A stretch of 64,000 nucleotides of DNA from a virus (IMGVR_UViG_3300020360_000085:1-64000); one strand, 5' to 3'. Numbered from the stretch's first letter, positions 37,787-48,035 are shown. Numbers and translations: made by a program. The notes: generated from the sequence alone by a model not told the origin.

Positions 37787-40122
37787 TAAACATTCCCAAA
37801 ATTAGGACTATTAGGATCAGTAGGATCTTCACCTTCAAATGGTTCTGCCGCCCATTCTTCAAATTCCTCAATTAGGCCTTCCTCTCTCATTTTTTTATAT
37901 TGTTCATATGTTAATAAACTTGCTGTTGTGATTTCAAAACCGTTTGTAGCATTTTGTTCACTCTTTACCCAACATGTTCCTTCCATAGGTACAGTTTGTC
38001 CTGGTTTTCCTAGTTCATTTCTTTTTAGTCCAACTATTTTAGCAGGTATAGGCTTGCCTTGTTGACTGGTGTTCTTACCACCAATAAAAAGCACCACATC
38101 GCCAACTTTGTGCTGTACAGGTTTAAATATAGGATCATCTTGATCGTTTTCATCTTGTTCTGATTGGTTTTTAAATTCGTCTAATAATTTTTCTAACTTA
38201 TCTAAATCTACTAACTTTAAGTAATTGACAACAATAATACCAAATCTGTTTAGTACATTGTGTCTTGTGCCAGGACCAGTGTCATAAATTTCTTGTTCTG
38301 GATTATTAGGATTCTTTATTTTTCTTTTGTCTTCCCATTTTTTTCCTGCAAGTTCTGTATAAACTTCTTCCATTTTTGCTAAATTTCCAGTGGTTGCTCT
38401 TTCTGGTGTACCAGATTGTCCAAAATGATATGCCATATTGTAGCCAACTTGCTCTAAAAATTTAATTAAATTAACATTAGGATGTGCTTGTTCGAATTTT
38501 TTTCTGTAACTTTCTTGCTGAGGAAATAATTTTTTTGGATCAAATATTTTATTTCTAATCTGATTGCCATTTTTATCTATTAAAATACCTGAAGGTCCTT
38601 GTGGTTTTAATCCTTTACTTCTGTAGTATTCTAAATCCTGTACCACTACTTCTGTAGGTGCAACTGGATTCATTTCTATAATAACAACCTTTTTAGGCTT
38701 TCCATCTTTAGACACATAGCCAACAACATCTCCCTCTCTGAATTTAGGTGTGACAAAATCTTCTATTTCTTTTAGCAGTCTGAAAATATTGTCACCGTAT
38801 GGTGCAAATTTAAAACCTTTATCATAATTTTTTAAAAGATCTGGTTTTTGGTTATATTTTTGTTCAAATTCTTTTGCAAGGTCTTGTAAAAATTGTCTCA
38901 TTCTTATTAAACCATCCTCAGAATTTCGCCAATTTTTTATTTGGATAACAAATGAATCTGGATTTCTTAAATTAAATAATTTACCATCAGGGTCATGTCT
39001 GTTTCCTTTACGTCTGTCAAAGAAACTTTGAACAGGTTTTTTCAGTAAAGACCCTGCAACATCTCCTATAACACCAAAAAGTTTACCCATTGCATTTAAT
39101 TTAGGATCATTTTGGAATCTCATGCCTTTATTTGAATAAGAACTTAATCTAAAAGCACCATTTTGCCATATTTTCATAAAAGTACTTTTATCACCAGGAC
39201 GTAAATTGGTTTTGCCGTCTGGCTGTTTGCCCTTTATAGCCATCAGCATTTCATGTTCAGGGGAGCCTCTGTCTATTTTTTTGTTGTTTACAGGGTTCAA
39301 CCAATAGCCTTCAACTGCTTCTCCAGTATTTGGATCTTTTACTTGCTTATAAATAAAAATTATTTCTTTGCCATTTTTGTCTTTAAATCCAGGTAACTTT
39401 GCTTTGTCTCCGTCTTTCAACGGTTTTGCATTATCTTGATCTTTTAGTATGTCATCTATAGTACGTTGTATATTTTCTTCTCTGTGGGTTACTAAAAGTT
39501 CTGAAGTTCTATTTCCTTGTTCATCAAATCCAGAAAAGTTCATTAACTTTTTATATGTTAAAGCATCTTCAGTTGGATCTATTCTGATTAGATTACCATC
39601 AGGCACTATTCTGAACCAATTTCCTTCAGTACCAACTGCTGTTTTGGGTTTTGCATTTACCCATTTTTTTAAATTTATGCCGTTTGCTCTTCCGTTTACA
39701 GGAAAATTTACAAACTGTAATTGCTTAGTATCTGGATTTATTTCTGTTTCGCCAGGGTAAACTGTTTTGTAAAAATCTCTTCTTGCAGATTCGAATTCTG
39801 CACTTAGATATTTTCCACCTATCCAAATATGATAGTTGCCTGGTCGGTCAAGATTACCTCTTGTATCAAATCCTATATAGAAAAACTTTTGTATTATTTG
39901 ATCTAAAGCATCACCTGTATAACCTAAAAAGTATCTTTGTGGAATAGATTCTATTCCCATAGATTCAGCATTTCTCCAATTGGGTTCTGATTTTACTAAA
40001 GAATTATAGGAACTTGCAGGAGCATTACGGTCCATTCTTCCGTCACTGACATTAAGTAGACGTTCAATATTGTCCGCAATGGCTTCTTTTATAACAGGTT
40101 TAGTGAAATCTTCAAGTAGCAT
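37786..40122 (-). CDS. Large hypothetical internal head protein with two KOW/SH3-like segments
   Basis: MLLEDFTKPVIKE leader; FREGDVV..VSKDG and HKVGDVVLF segments. Confidence 0.6.
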   Translation of the reverse strand: MLLEDFTKPVIKEAIADNIERLLNVSDGRMDRNAPASSYNSLVKSEPNWRNAESMGIESIPQRYFLGYTGDALDQIIQKFFYIGFDTRGNLDRPGNYHIWIGGKYLSAEFESARRDFYKTVYPGETEINPDTKQLQFVNFPVNGRANGINLKKWVNAKPKTAVGTEGNWFRIVPDGNLIRIDPTEDALTYKKLMNFSGFDEQGNRTSELLVTHREENIQRTIDDILKDQDNAKPLKDGDKAKLPGFKDKNGKEIIFIYKQVKDPNTGEAVEGYWLNPVNNKKIDRGSPEHEMLMAIKGKQPDGKTNLRPGDKSTFMKIWQNGAFRLSSYSNKGMRFQNDPKLNAMGKLFGVIGDVAGSLLKKPVQSFFDRRKGNRHDPDGKLFNLRNPDSFVIQIKNWRNSEDGLIRMRQFLQDLAKEFEQKYNQKPDLLKNYDKGFKFAPYGDNIFRLLKEIEDFVTPKFREGDVVGYVSKDGKPKKVVIIEMNPVAPTEVVVQDLEYYRSKGLKPQGPSGILIDKNGNQIRNKIFDPKKLFPQQESYRKKFEQAHPNVNLIKFLEQVGYNMAYHFGQSGTPERATTGNLAKMEEVYTELAGKKWEDKRKIKNPNNPEQEIYDTGPGTRHNVLNRFGIIVVNYLKLVDLDKLEKLLDEFKNQSEQDENDQDDPIFKPVQHKVGDVVLFIGGKNTSQQGKPIPAKIVGLKRNELGKPGQTVPMEGTCWVKSEQNATNGFEITTASLLTYEQYKKMREEGLIEEFEEWAAEPFEGEDPTDPNSPNFGNV

Positions 40123-40381
40123 CTTTCTGTTCTCTCTGAGATTCTTTTATTATTTTAGTAATACCTCTGGAGAACTTTCTAACGTCTTTGCCCTTGATAC
40201 TGTTTACCAGTCTGTTAGTTAAGTCTTTTGCTGTTTTTTCATCGAAATAAGTTTCGATTTGCTCTATTAAATTGATAGCACTATTGATAACATGCTCTCC
40301 CCTATTAGAGACCACATGGTTTCTGTCTCTGTCGACAGAGATTTGATTAAGTTCCTCTAATATACTGCGGGTTTTCTTCAC
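40112..40381 (-). CDS. Hypothetical protein
   Basis: 89-aa ORF, GTG start with GGAG RBS, late box at 40413. Confidence 0.7.
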   Translation of the reverse strand: MKKTRSILEELNQISVDRDRNHVVSNRGEHVINSAINLIEQIETYFDEKTAKDLTNRLVNSIKGKDVRKFSRGITKIIKESQREQKDAT

Positions 40382-40421
40382 GTTATCTCCAGAAAAATAT
40401 TATCTATAATGCTATTTATCA

Positions 40422-41804
40422 TTATAAGTCGGTTTTCTTCAGGAACTCTCGCATGTTCATCGTTTGTTCTATTGTGCTTGTTTGCTCTGGATCTTCTGTT
40501 TTTATTGAATTGCTACGTTTTAGTTGATCAACTAAATTGTTTGTAGTAACTGTCATTGCATCTTCTTCATCTTCTCCCAAGTCTTCAATCCTCAATGTAT
40601 CAGGATCAAAACTGAGATCTACTTTTGTGCCAACACCACTACTACTTCTAGTTTTCATAAACTGTATTTGATATCTGCCTTTTTCTCGCATAGCATTACT
40701 TGTAAATATACCCACAACATTATCTGCTGTTTGCACTTTACTAATACCACCTGCTATGTGATGATGATCAAATTCTATTTCTTCTACTGCTCCTCTGTTT
40801 AACTGCGATGCTGTAACAAATAATAAGTCTCTTTCTACTGCTAAATTACGCAACTCCTCAGATACATACTTGTCTTTAATAAATAAATCGCCGCCACTTA
40901 CACGTTGACTTATAGGCATCATTAAATCCAAATAATCAACAAGTAAACAATCAACTTTTTCGCCACATTGTATTTCATACTCACGTAAAAATGTTCTTAT
41001 ATCATTTGCGTTTACACCGTTAGGCATTTGTTTTACCCTAAGTCTGCCGGCACCTTTTGCCTTCATACGCACTTTTAAATCCACATCATCAATGTTTTTC
41101 ATTATTTCTTTAGTACCAAAGCCACTTATCATGGCATCAAGACGCATACTAATTAACTGCTCACTTAACTCTAAACTTATATATACAACATTATAACCTG
41201 CTTGTACCCAATTTACTGCAAAGTTCTGTAAAAATAAACTTTTACCTGCACCACTACCACCTGCAAAAATTGTCATTTCACCTCTGTTTAAACCACCATA
41301 CAGTTTCTGATCTATGCCTTTCCAGCCTGTACTAACTGCACCTGCCTGTTTCTTAATCCATTCCAATCTCTCTTTAGGATTTTCAAAGTAATCTAATCCT
41401 AAATCTTTCACAAGTCCTACCTGACTTGCATCTTTAATTTTGTTTTCCACAGTACCATAATCTTGTTTCTCTAACAAGTCTGTACTTTCAATTATTGCTT
41501 CTTCTAATGCTTTATGTCTACAGAATGTTTCAAATTCATTCATAAACCATTCATGATGATCTGGAGTTACATTTGGAATAGGCTCCAATGTTACACCTGC
41601 AACTGCACTAACTTGCTCAGGTGTGGGAATAGCATTGTGCTTTGTACTATGACTTACAAATAAGTCAACTGCTTTTCTGTATTTTAAATTAAAATAATCA
41701 GGCTTTACAATATTTTGACATCTTGCAAATAAGTCAGGATCGCTTAATAAAAATCTTAAAAATAATTCCTGTGTTTCTTCTGTATATGTTTTTATATCTA
41801 CCAT
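40422..41804 (-). CDS. Replicative DnaB/gp41-like helicase
   Basis: Walker A GGSGAGKS, YISLELSE, LLVDYLD, TASQLNR, KTRSSSG. Confidence 0.95.
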   Translation of the reverse strand: MVDIKTYTEETQELFLRFLLSDPDLFARCQNIVKPDYFNLKYRKAVDLFVSHSTKHNAIPTPEQVSAVAGVTLEPIPNVTPDHHEWFMNEFETFCRHKALEEAIIESTDLLEKQDYGTVENKIKDASQVGLVKDLGLDYFENPKERLEWIKKQAGAVSTGWKGIDQKLYGGLNRGEMTIFAGGSGAGKSLFLQNFAVNWVQAGYNVVYISLELSEQLISMRLDAMISGFGTKEIMKNIDDVDLKVRMKAKGAGRLRVKQMPNGVNANDIRTFLREYEIQCGEKVDCLLVDYLDLMMPISQRVSGGDLFIKDKYVSEELRNLAVERDLLFVTASQLNRGAVEEIEFDHHHIAGGISKVQTADNVVGIFTSNAMREKGRYQIQFMKTRSSSGVGTKVDLSFDPDTLRIEDLGEDEEDAMTVTTNNLVDQLKRSNSIKTEDPEQTSTIEQTMNMREFLKKTDL

Positions 41805-42547
41805 CTTTTTTCTATCTCATTTATTATATATCTTGCCACTAAACTGTGACCTATTTCGTTTGGATGTGGATCACTTTGATGAATTATATGTTCTCTTGCG
41901 ACATTAGATATTGGCAAAATAAAATTACTAGTATCAAATACAGGAAAATTTAATCCATTAAAAGGCTGATCATCTCTTCCAGAATACTCAAATACATTTG
42001 GCATACATTTATTACTCATGCCTGTAATCAAATATTTAATATTTTTATGTTTGCATAATTCTATAAAAGTGTTTACCATATTATATAATTCAAATATCCC
42101 TTCTTGTTCTGTTCTTGTAAGGAAAACTGTAGGCATTATAAGTCTAATAAAGAAGTCTTCTACTTCTTTTACTACATCTGCTGTTTCCTGTAAAACTCTA
42201 TCCTCTGTAAAATGCATATCCTTTATAATACCTATCCAGGCACCATACTTTTCATAAAAAAGTTCAAATCTTACAGGATCAGATAATTGTAATACAAAAA
42301 TCCAATCATCTAAATTTTCAGTTTCATTTATAAAGTCTGTAGTTTGCCTAAATAACCTATGATTACTTCCACCCTCAATAGCATTATTAACTATTGTATC
42401 AAAGTAATCTACAGTACCATATTGCCCTTTTCTACAAAACGATGTCCAATTAACACAATCTGGTTTACCAAATTTTTTATTACCAAACAGTGATTGGTCT
42501 ACTATTGTTCCTGCTGTAAAACTACAACCATTTGTATATAAATTCAT
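41798..42547 (-). CDS. SGNH-hydrolase-like hypothetical protein
   Basis: LYTNGCSFTAG, NNAIEGGSN, DPHPNEIGH. Confidence 0.65.
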   Translation of the reverse strand: MNLYTNGCSFTAGTIVDQSLFGNKKFGKPDCVNWTSFCRKGQYGTVDYFDTIVNNAIEGGSNHRLFRQTTDFINETENLDDWIFVLQLSDPVRFELFYEKYGAWIGIIKDMHFTEDRVLQETADVVKEVEDFFIRLIMPTVFLTRTEQEGIFELYNMVNTFIELCKHKNIKYLITGMSNKCMPNVFEYSGRDDQPFNGLNFPVFDTSNFILPISNVAREHIIHQSDPHPNEIGHSLVARYIINEIEKRW

Positions 42548-42712
42548 TTAATGTCCATGATCTATGTGTATGCCAAACATTACACCCAAAAAGAAAACTA
42601 TAGGCCCTAAAATTAATAAATCAACTACCCAATGTAATGCTATGGAAAGAGTTACAATTTCTTTCCAATGTATTTTACATACATGTTTCCAGTGATTTAA
42701 TTTTTCTCTCAT
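42548..42712 (-). CDS. 54-aa His-rich membrane peptide; not in the ORF track
   Basis: MREKLNHWKHVCKIHWKEIVTLSIALHWVVDLLILGPIVFFLGVMFGIHIDHGH; coupled to primase and the downstream gene. Confidence 0.65.
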   Translation of the reverse strand: MREKLNHWKHVCKIHWKEIVTLSIALHWVVDLLILGPIVFFLGVMFGIHIDHGH

Positions 42713-43686
42713 ATCATTTTTGCCTTTACTTGTGCTTTTAATTTATTATCTGTAGCATGTTTAATAATACTTGCCACAGTAGCCAACCTTCCATATTTTA
42801 AAACTGCCTCATCGGCATCTTTTACATCATTACTCCAGGGAGGAAAACCCACTTCCCAACCTAACTCTAATGCCTGCTCAATCAATTCTTTACCTGCACT
42901 ATCTCTATCTGGACATAGTATAACACGTTTACCTAATTTTTCAATCAAGTGTGCCTGCTCTGGAGTAACACTATTACCCTGTATGCTAACACCATCAAGT
43001 TGTATGGCATCAAATACACCCTCTGTAACAATAACTATTTCACGTTTACTGTCTGCAAATCTGTCAATATTAAAAACATAGCCAGGTTGTATTTTGTGTA
43101 GATACTTTGGAGTTTGTTTATTGGGAGGATTTACATGCCTTGCTGTCCAACCTACTAATTCATTATTGTAAGTAAAGGGGACAACCAATCTCTGCTTGTA
43201 TAAACTTTCATCAAAGTATAGCAGTGGATATAGACCAAGTAGTCCCCTTTGAATTGCATATTGCTTAACATTATGTGTATCTGGTAAATCTTCTACAGCG
43301 ACGGCTGTTTCTGGCAGTTTCTCCGTGTTAAATTTTTGTAGATTGTATATGTAATCAGATACTTCCTCTTGCTCTAAAATATCATTATATTTTAGTAATT
43401 CAATTTGTACTTTGTGTATGTCGCTTGTAGATACACCTAATGTTGTTGCTAAATCTTTATATTTTTTACCTAAAGCAGGATTAGGTGCCCAACCTGTTGT
43501 AAAGCCACAGTTAAAACAATTATAACTAATCCTTGCACCTGTAGTTATAAGTCCGCCTCTTTTTCTTTTATCATTACACATAGGACAATCCATAGTGATC
43601 CATCCACTAGGAGTTTTACTAGTTCTAACGGGTAAATTATCTAAAAGGAGGCGATGTACCTTTTCTACAAGAAAGTCTATATCCAT
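42709..43686 (-). CDS. DNA primase (Zn finger plus TOPRIM)
   Basis: CPMC...CFNC; VTEGVFDA; CPDRDSAG. Confidence 0.88.
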   Translation of the reverse strand: MDIDFLVEKVHRLLLDNLPVRTSKTPSGWITMDCPMCNDKRKRGGLITTGARISYNCFNCGFTTGWAPNPALGKKYKDLATTLGVSTSDIHKVQIELLKYNDILEQEEVSDYIYNLQKFNTEKLPETAVAVEDLPDTHNVKQYAIQRGLLGLYPLLYFDESLYKQRLVVPFTYNNELVGWTARHVNPPNKQTPKYLHKIQPGYVFNIDRFADSKREIVIVTEGVFDAIQLDGVSIQGNSVTPEQAHLIEKLGKRVILCPDRDSAGKELIEQALELGWEVGFPPWSNDVKDADEAVLKYGRLATVASIIKHATDNKLKAQVKAKMI

Positions 43687-43692
43687 ACGGAT

Positions 43693-43720
43693 ATTATAAC
43701 AAAAAAGTACAAAAAGTCAA
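43693..43720 (-). promoter_or_regulatory. sigma70-type promoter for primase (likely leaderless)
   Basis: TTGACT-N16-TATAAT with extended TGn; only 6 nt to the ATG. Confidence 0.7.
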
Positions 43721-44524
43721 TTAGTTTCTAACCAGAATTTTATCTATGCTACCACTTGTAGGTGTATGCAATATTCTTAGCCAATTAGCATTTAATGTAA
43801 ATGTTTTATGGTATATACTGCTTGAAGCAGATAAAGATATATTACTTTCTACATCAAACCAATCAGTACTTGCATCATCACTGTTAGGAGTATTTTCTAT
43901 ACAACTACCTTGTATTGTGATATTTCCTGTGTAGGCACTAGGATAAATTGCAATACTATGTAATGCATGGCTAAAGTTTCTATCTTGATTTCCAAAAAAT
44001 GCACTTGTAGTAAATATGTTTGCAGGATCTCCAGAGCCTGTATTAGCAACCTGAGTAAATGTATTACCTAATTGTGTTTCCACAGGTTCCGATTTTGCTT
44101 GAGCGTCTATCTGAATTTGAAACTTAAGACCATTATTTTGATCTGCAAAAACAGGGTGCTCGTTGCCATCAGTTTTTACTCTAGTCACATATATTGTATA
44201 TAAACCTTCATCAACATTCTGTAAATCTCCCTCATCTAAAATAAGTTTTACGCAACCAACATCACTTGTTTGCTCTAAAATTTTAGTAAAAATTCTTCTT
44301 TTAGTAGTTGGATTTATTAATGTTGCTGATAAAGTATCACTAAAAACGTTTTGTAACTTCCTATCTCTGTTTCTGATAGTAAATTTTATTTCATTGTAAA
44401 TGCCTTTATGGGCAACTAATTTTCTATTATTCATTGGTCTGTTATCCACGTAGATTCCATAGGCGTCAACAACCAATTCAAAATTATCTTCATAAAGATA
44501 CAGTCTGTGATCACCATATGTCAT
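43721..44524 (-). CDS. Probable virion structural protein (baseplate upper-protein-like beta domains)
   Basis: All-beta pattern, late box at 44549; family call tentative. Confidence 0.5.
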   Translation of the reverse strand: MTYGDHRLYLYEDNFELVVDAYGIYVDNRPMNNRKLVAHKGIYNEIKFTIRNRDRKLQNVFSDTLSATLINPTTKRRIFTKILEQTSDVGCVKLILDEGDLQNVDEGLYTIYVTRVKTDGNEHPVFADQNNGLKFQIQIDAQAKSEPVETQLGNTFTQVANTGSGDPANIFTTSAFFGNQDRNFSHALHSIAIYPSAYTGNITIQGSCIENTPNSDDASTDWFDVESNISLSASSSIYHKTFTLNANWLRILHTPTSGSIDKILVRN

Positions 44525-44578
44525 ATTTTTTTACTCTTAATAATATACTATTTATCGTTTAACGGCATAAATACTTTT

Positions 44579-44962
44579 GTGGAGAAAGATAATTTAATAA
44601 CAGAGACATCTGAGAAGTACCCTTTTTTAACTGGAATTACCTATGCAGGTCAAGAATATGTAGGTGTAGTTGTAAATCATGATAATACAATACTTACATT
44701 TTATGATATAGAAAAAATACCATCTAATAATGAAAGAAGACAGTTTTTAGAATTAGGGGAAACATGGTGGTGGGAAAGTAACAGACAATTACCTATTGAT
44801 ATATTTTTACATTATGAGATGAAACAGTTTCATAAATGCTTAAGAACATTTGTAATGAAAGATATAGAAGTTTTATTTGGTCCTATGACTACTTTACAAA
44901 ATTTATTAAGAAAAAGAATAAAACGGCGTGGTGTTCAATTAGTAATTAAGCCTAAAGACTAA
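44579..44962 (+). CDS. Hypothetical protein (GTG start)
   Basis: ATAAATA at 44567-44573 five nt before GTG; one of only three plus-strand genes. Confidence 0.7.
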   Translation: MEKDNLITETSEKYPFLTGITYAGQEYVGVVVNHDNTILTFYDIEKIPSNNERRQFLELGETWWWESNRQLPIDIFLHYEMKQFHKCLRTFVMKDIEVLFGPMTTLQNLLRKRIKRRGVQLVIKPKD

Positions 44963-45534
44963 ACCAACTGTTCACAAATCAAATTTAATTGTACAATAAT
45001 TGCTAATGCATACCCATAACTATGACTTTTTTTAAAGAAGTAAGTATCGTTATTAGGCTTTATCCAAACATCATTAACAATTTGTTCCCAACTTTTACCT
45101 ACTAGATGCCTTTTACCAGGCCTAATTATTGCTAGAATTACTGCTAAGTCCTCTAAACTTTTAGGAGGATATTGTTTTACGATATCAAAATGGTTGTTTA
45201 TATGAAATAATTGCTCTACAACTTCCTGATGTTTCAATAACTCCCAAACAGGTTCTGTGGCAATAAGTCTATCTAAATGTTGCTCATCTACTACATCTTT
45301 ATATATATGATTATTAAGAAAATCTACTTTAAACCATCCATCTTCTTCTGCTTGTTTGTGATCTATTGTACTATATCCTTCTAGTGGAAACTTAGAAATA
45401 TTTTGAAAGTAAACACCAGTATTGTGTTTAGTAAACTTACTATCTTTTTCTATACTTGCAGGAGTAACATTGACTAACTTTAGGAAGTCATCTCTGTTAC
45501 CCATATCAATATCTACATCAAAATCAATTTTCAT
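44959..45534 (-). CDS. Minimal DNA polymerase III alpha (DnaE/family C)-like catalytic domain
   Basis: IDFDVDID (PDFDVDF-like), KHNTGVYF (HAAGV-like), GWFKVDFLN (G..KFDFLG-like), FKKSHSYGYA (FNKSHS.AY-like). Confidence 0.8.
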   Translation of the reverse strand: MKIDFDVDIDMGNRDDFLKLVNVTPASIEKDSKFTKHNTGVYFQNISKFPLEGYSTIDHKQAEEDGWFKVDFLNNHIYKDVVDEQHLDRLIATEPVWELLKHQEVVEQLFHINNHFDIVKQYPPKSLEDLAVILAIIRPGKRHLVGKSWEQIVNDVWIKPNNDTYFFKKSHSYGYALAIIVQLNLICEQLV

Positions 45535-46180
45535 TTTTACTCATCTTATGTAATAAATTTTTTGCTTTTGCTGTAAAACTAAAATTACAACTTACACTAT
45601 ATCTATAACTTTTTCCTAAAACAGGAGCAGTATAATGGCTTAACTGAGAAGGAAAAATAAACATATCTCCTTGTTCTGGTTGTACTTCTATAGAACTTTT
45701 ACCAAAATCATTTTTTATAGAGTCAGCATATATAAAAAATAATTGTCCTTTCTGACTAGGTATTTGATCTGTTTTAAAATATTCTGCATCGTCATCTAAA
45801 TAAATTTTAGGAAAAATTACACAAACTAAATCAGCACTATGTCTATGATCATGTAAAACAGTATTTTCCATATGTATTTGTTTGTTATACCATGCATCTG
45901 TCATTTCTAAAAAATTTGGTATTTGTTTAGATTCTACTGCTGACTTCCATAATCCTGCATCAATAAAAGTTAAATAATCTTCCATGTAATTTGATATTGT
46001 TTTACATAAATTTGTATTTTGTAAATACTCAGTTAAACTATTTTGCTCTCTAACATTTCCTAATAGTTTACTATTATGTGGCACTTGTGCTTCTAAACAG
46101 TAATTGTAAAGTGTTTTAGAATCTTGTTCAGATAATTTCACTTTTGCAACTTTAGGACCAAAATAATCTACTACTTTCAT
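45524..46180 (-). CDS. Putative 2OG-Fe(II) oxygenase
   Basis: LHDH...LVCVIF, PEQGDMFIFPSQLSHYTAP...RYSVSCN; start moved to 46180. Confidence 0.75.
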   Translation of the reverse strand: MKVVDYFGPKVAKVKLSEQDSKTLYNYCLEAQVPHNSKLLGNVREQNSLTEYLQNTNLCKTISNYMEDYLTFIDAGLWKSAVESKQIPNFLEMTDAWYNKQIHMENTVLHDHRHSADLVCVIFPKIYLDDDAEYFKTDQIPSQKGQLFFIYADSIKNDFGKSSIEVQPEQGDMFIFPSQLSHYTAPVLGKSYRYSVSCNFSFTAKAKNLLHKMSKNEN

Positions 46181-46181
46181 A

Positions 46182-46361
46182 TTACTGCTTTTTAAATTTT
46201 CTTTCGCCTTTTGAATAACTATCCTCAGGATCAATTTCAGCATCTGCATTTTTAAATCGCATACGTTGTATAATGTCCCAATTTACTATACTAGGTTTCC
46301 ATTCATTTGCAATACTGTCTATATCGTTTAAATCAAAACTTTCTTTTTTATCTTCACTCAT
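46182..46361 (-). CDS. 59-aa hypothetical protein; not in the ORF track
   Basis: MSEDKKESFDLNDIDSIANEWKPSIVNW...; fills the gap with coupled starts and stops. Confidence 0.6.
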   Translation of the reverse strand: MSEDKKESFDLNDIDSIANEWKPSIVNWDIIQRMRFKNADAEIDPEDSYSKGERKFKKQ

Positions 46362-47059
46362 ATACCTGCTACCTCACATGCTTGTTTTACTTCAGCAACT
46401 TCTTCTTTATTTTGCACAAATAATTTCATCCAAAAATTTGCTTCTATTATATGTTGTATCATAACAACTTGCTCATCATTTAATCTTGTTAAAAGTGAAT
46501 CTCCTGTTTCAGACAAATAAATTAACCATGGAGATATTTTTGCACTTCTAATATCATGTACTGCTCTTGGTGTGGAAACTTCTTTAAAATACTCCTGCCA
46601 TTGTGTATCATGTTCTTTTGCCCAAGTATCTAAATACATAATATTCCTTTCTAATGCTTTCATACCAGGCTCTTTTTTTACATAAGTTAGTAAAAATTCA
46701 TCATATAAACTGTCTTTGCTCCAGTCCTTTAATTTTTTACCTGTTTTTATTAACCATTCTGCAAACTGATCTGGCTGTAAATATTCATTTGTTAAACAAC
46801 TTCTGCCAAATTTTACAAATCCTTCATAGTATTGGCTTTGTATAAACTCTTCCTGTGTTTTAGGATTTTTAGCAGTAGTATTCATTTCATAAAACATCTG
46901 AAACACCCTGTAGCCTAATCTTGTATGTGTTAGATCTTTGTCTGCCCAACGTCTCTTTTTAATACACATATGAGCGGCCAGTGTTCTTTCGCTCATAAAA
47001 GTCTTTCCACACCATTTACAAGTGTTACTTTCCGAAGATGTCTTTAATTGTTTTGTCAT
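46358..47059 (-). CDS. Hypothetical protein with N-terminal C2H2-type zinc finger
   Basis: CKWCGKTF..ERTLAAHMC. Confidence 0.7.
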   Translation of the reverse strand: MTKQLKTSSESNTCKWCGKTFMSERTLAAHMCIKKRRWADKDLTHTRLGYRVFQMFYEMNTTAKNPKTQEEFIQSQYYEGFVKFGRSCLTNEYLQPDQFAEWLIKTGKKLKDWSKDSLYDEFLLTYVKKEPGMKALERNIMYLDTWAKEHDTQWQEYFKEVSTPRAVHDIRSAKISPWLIYLSETGDSLLTRLNDEQVVMIQHIIEANFWMKLFVQNKEEVAEVKQACEVAGI

Positions 47060-47492
47060 CGTATCCGTGTGCTACTGCAAATTCTGTTAATTCTTCCTTT
47101 GTATTAATATCTATCATATTGTTTATATCTTCTGCCTTCATATGTGGATATATATTATAGATAAATTCAAATATTTTATTTTTCTTTTTCCTGCTATTAG
47201 GCGGTTTTAAATAAGGATGAAATTGTATTTTACCAATACCACATGCACTCAATAAAAGCCATTGCAACTCAGGATGTTTACTTACTTCACTAAATTGATA
47301 ATTAACAAGTTCATTAGTCATGTAAATGTAGTTTGCGGCATCTCTGCCTTGGACACTACTGCAATATCTCATCATCATCCAGGCACTAAAAGCCTTCTTT
47401 TGCTCATCACTTAAATTGTTATAAAAGTTTCTATCTTTTTTATCGATAGCCGCCATTATTTCTTTTAAAGGTATTTGTGGTTTCTTAGGCAT
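47025..47492 (-). CDS. Putative clamp-loader small subunit (gp62-like)
   Basis: F..WMMMRY.S...NE.VN....KHPELQW.LL...F.PYLK pattern; located among replication genes. Confidence 0.55.
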   Translation of the reverse strand: MPKKPQIPLKEIMAAIDKKDRNFYNNLSDEQKKAFSAWMMMRYCSSVQGRDAANYIYMTNELVNYQFSEVSKHPELQWLLLSACGIGKIQFHPYLKPPNSRKKKNKIFEFIYNIYPHMKAEDINNMIDINTKEELTEFAVAHGYDDKTIKDIFGK

Positions 47493-48034
47493 TATTCTCC
47501 TTCAAACTCTATCAATGTTTCCACATTAAATCCTAAATCTTTTATCGCAACACTACCACCTAAATCTGGTAAGTCTACTAAAGCCAAAATAAGTATATTT
47601 TCTTTTGGAATATTCCAACATTGACATATTAAACTAGCGATTGCTTTTGCAGTACCGCCAGTTGCTATTAAGTCATCTATTATAACAATTTTATCTGAAA
47701 CTGTCAAATTAGAGTTTTGTTGAATATGTAATTCATTACTACCATATTCTAAATCATAACTTCTTTGATATGTAGGATTAGGTAATTTACCAGGCTTTCT
47801 TGCTAAAATAAATGGCAACTCCATATCTCTGGCAATAGGAGAACTAAAAATAAATCCTCGACTTTCTATTCCAACAATTTTAGTTGCTTGAAACATCATA
47901 CAATGTGCAGTCATTTCTATAAGTGCTTTATTAAATGCTTCTGTGTCTTCAAGTAAACTTGTAATATCTCTAAATTGTATTCCTTCTTTAGGAAAATTAG
48001 GAACAGTTCTAATTGCTTCTTTTATATCTTTCAT
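47492..48034 (-). CDS. apt: Adenine phosphoribosyltransferase
   Basis: IRTVPNFPKEGIQFRDIT, GIESRGF, ARKPGKLP, YDLEYG, PRPP loop IIDDLIATGGT. Confidence 0.95.
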   Translation of the reverse strand: MKDIKEAIRTVPNFPKEGIQFRDITSLLEDTEAFNKALIEMTAHCMMFQATKIVGIESRGFIFSSPIARDMELPFILARKPGKLPNPTYQRSYDLEYGSNELHIQQNSNLTVSDKIVIIDDLIATGGTAKAIASLICQCWNIPKENILILALVDLPDLGGSVAIKDLGFNVETLIEFEGE

Positions 48035-48035
48035 A

